Position numbers and translations under genes: made by a program. From Phycisphaera mikurensis (lineage in GTDB: Bacteria; Planctomycetota; Phycisphaerae; UBA1845), in NCBI GenBank assembly GCA_005240095.1, contig SBAX01000058.1, positions 1-63,979 of the forward strand: 63,979 bases of DNA, in the 5' to 3' direction. Below are positions 63,463-63,979 of this stretch, one piece after another (position 1 is the first letter of the stretch; each line of letters begins with the position of its first letter). Below the pieces are notes generated by a model. The model was not told where the DNA came from. It searched no databases and saw only the letters and a list, made by a program, of their open reading frames with translations.

Positions 63463-63979
63463 GGCGTTCGTAAACTCTCAGGTAGTCGGTGGCCATACGG
63501 CCGGCTGAAAACCTCTGCTCGAAGGTCCGGCGACAGCGGGCGCGTTCGATCCCTCCGATTCGAGCCAAGGCGGACACTGCCTCGGGGATGCTCCCTACCA
63601 CGAAGCCCGTCACACTGTCGTCGATGACCTCCCGGACGGAGCCCCTATTGAAGGCGATCACGGGGGTACCGCAGGCAATCGCCTCGATCATCACCAAGCC
63701 AAAGGGCTCGGGCCAATCAATCGGGAAGAGCAGGGTCCGAGCGCCCGCCAGGAGCGTTTCCTTGTCCCCTCCACCCGTCTCGCCAAGGAACTGTACACCC
63801 GGATGATCCAGCAAGGGCTCGACCCGCTTGTGAAAGTACTCCTTGTCTTGAGCATCAACCTTGGCCGCAATCTTCAGCCTCCATCCCGAGCGCCTGGAGA
63901 TTTCGATCGCCTGCTCCACGCCCTTTTCCGGCGACACACGACCAAGGAAAAGCACGTAGTCCTCGGGATCCCTCCGAAA
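63392..63979 (-). CDS. GT4-family glycosyltransferase, C-terminal part (continues beyond the right edge)
   Basis: The frame is open to position 63979. Motifs are [46 protein letters not shown] (E-x7-E region). Confidence 0.75.
   Translation of the reverse strand, partial: FRRDPEDYVLFLGRVSPEKGVEQAIEISRRSGWRLKIAAKVDAQDKEYFHKRVEPLLDHPGVQFLGETGGGDKETLLAGARTLLFPIDWPEPFGLVMIEAIACGTPVIAFNRGSVREVIDDSVTGFVVGSIPEAVSALARIGGIERARCRRTFEQRFSAGRMATDYLRVYERLVAGRASDVDAGNGGPLVSYSAA

Overview
This is a 63,979-bp GC-rich window (hand counts of sample lines give roughly 63-65 % GC). It is densely coding, and almost every real gene is shadowed by long antisense ORFs. Gene content and motifs (a DUF1580-like HTH protein, K/E/D-rich linkers, giant TPR proteins, many lipoproteins) suggest a Planctomycetota-like bacterium, but that is inference only. 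From left to right the window contains: (1) the right end of an integrative element (primase-like fragment, excisionase-like HTH, a 250-aa unknown, a tyrosine integrase) abutting the 3' end of tRNA-Ile(GAU). (2) dapF, a NeuD/PglD-like acyltransferase, an EpsI-like protein and a 1516-aa TPR protein. (3) Two CNNM/CBS proteins and an FTCD_C protein. (4) A co-directional ~12-kb late flagellar cluster on the minus strand: flgF-flgG-flgA-flgH-flgI-rod-binding-flgN-flgK-flgL-fliW-csrA-fliC. (5) nfi, rnpA, a large repeat lipoprotein and an orphan E1-alpha. (6) prfB with its programmed +1 frameshift, which the ORF track misses, then a cyclophilin, purB and pyrE. (7) A MacA/ATPase/2x permease efflux operon, Yip1, rpiB, a TsaC-LMW-PTP fusion and a 1402-aa triple amidohydrolase fusion. 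(8) A compositionally distinct two-gene secreted cassette: a 12-Cys mini-protein coupled to a 469-aa unknown, behind a promoter with a G8 tract. (9) An HtrA-like protease, a 230-bp inverted hairpin-repeat element, mdh-nhaC, an MFS transporter, an L,D-transpeptidase and a glucan-type GT/debranching cluster. The best candidate for something undescribed is the secreted cassette at 50.3-52.4 kb. Secondary candidates are the structured RNA-level elements in the fliW-csrA-fliC and flgK-flgL spacers, the 57-codon ORF coupled to flgF, and the dispersed or inverted GC-hairpin repeats. All family assignments come from motif recognition by eye; no searches were run.
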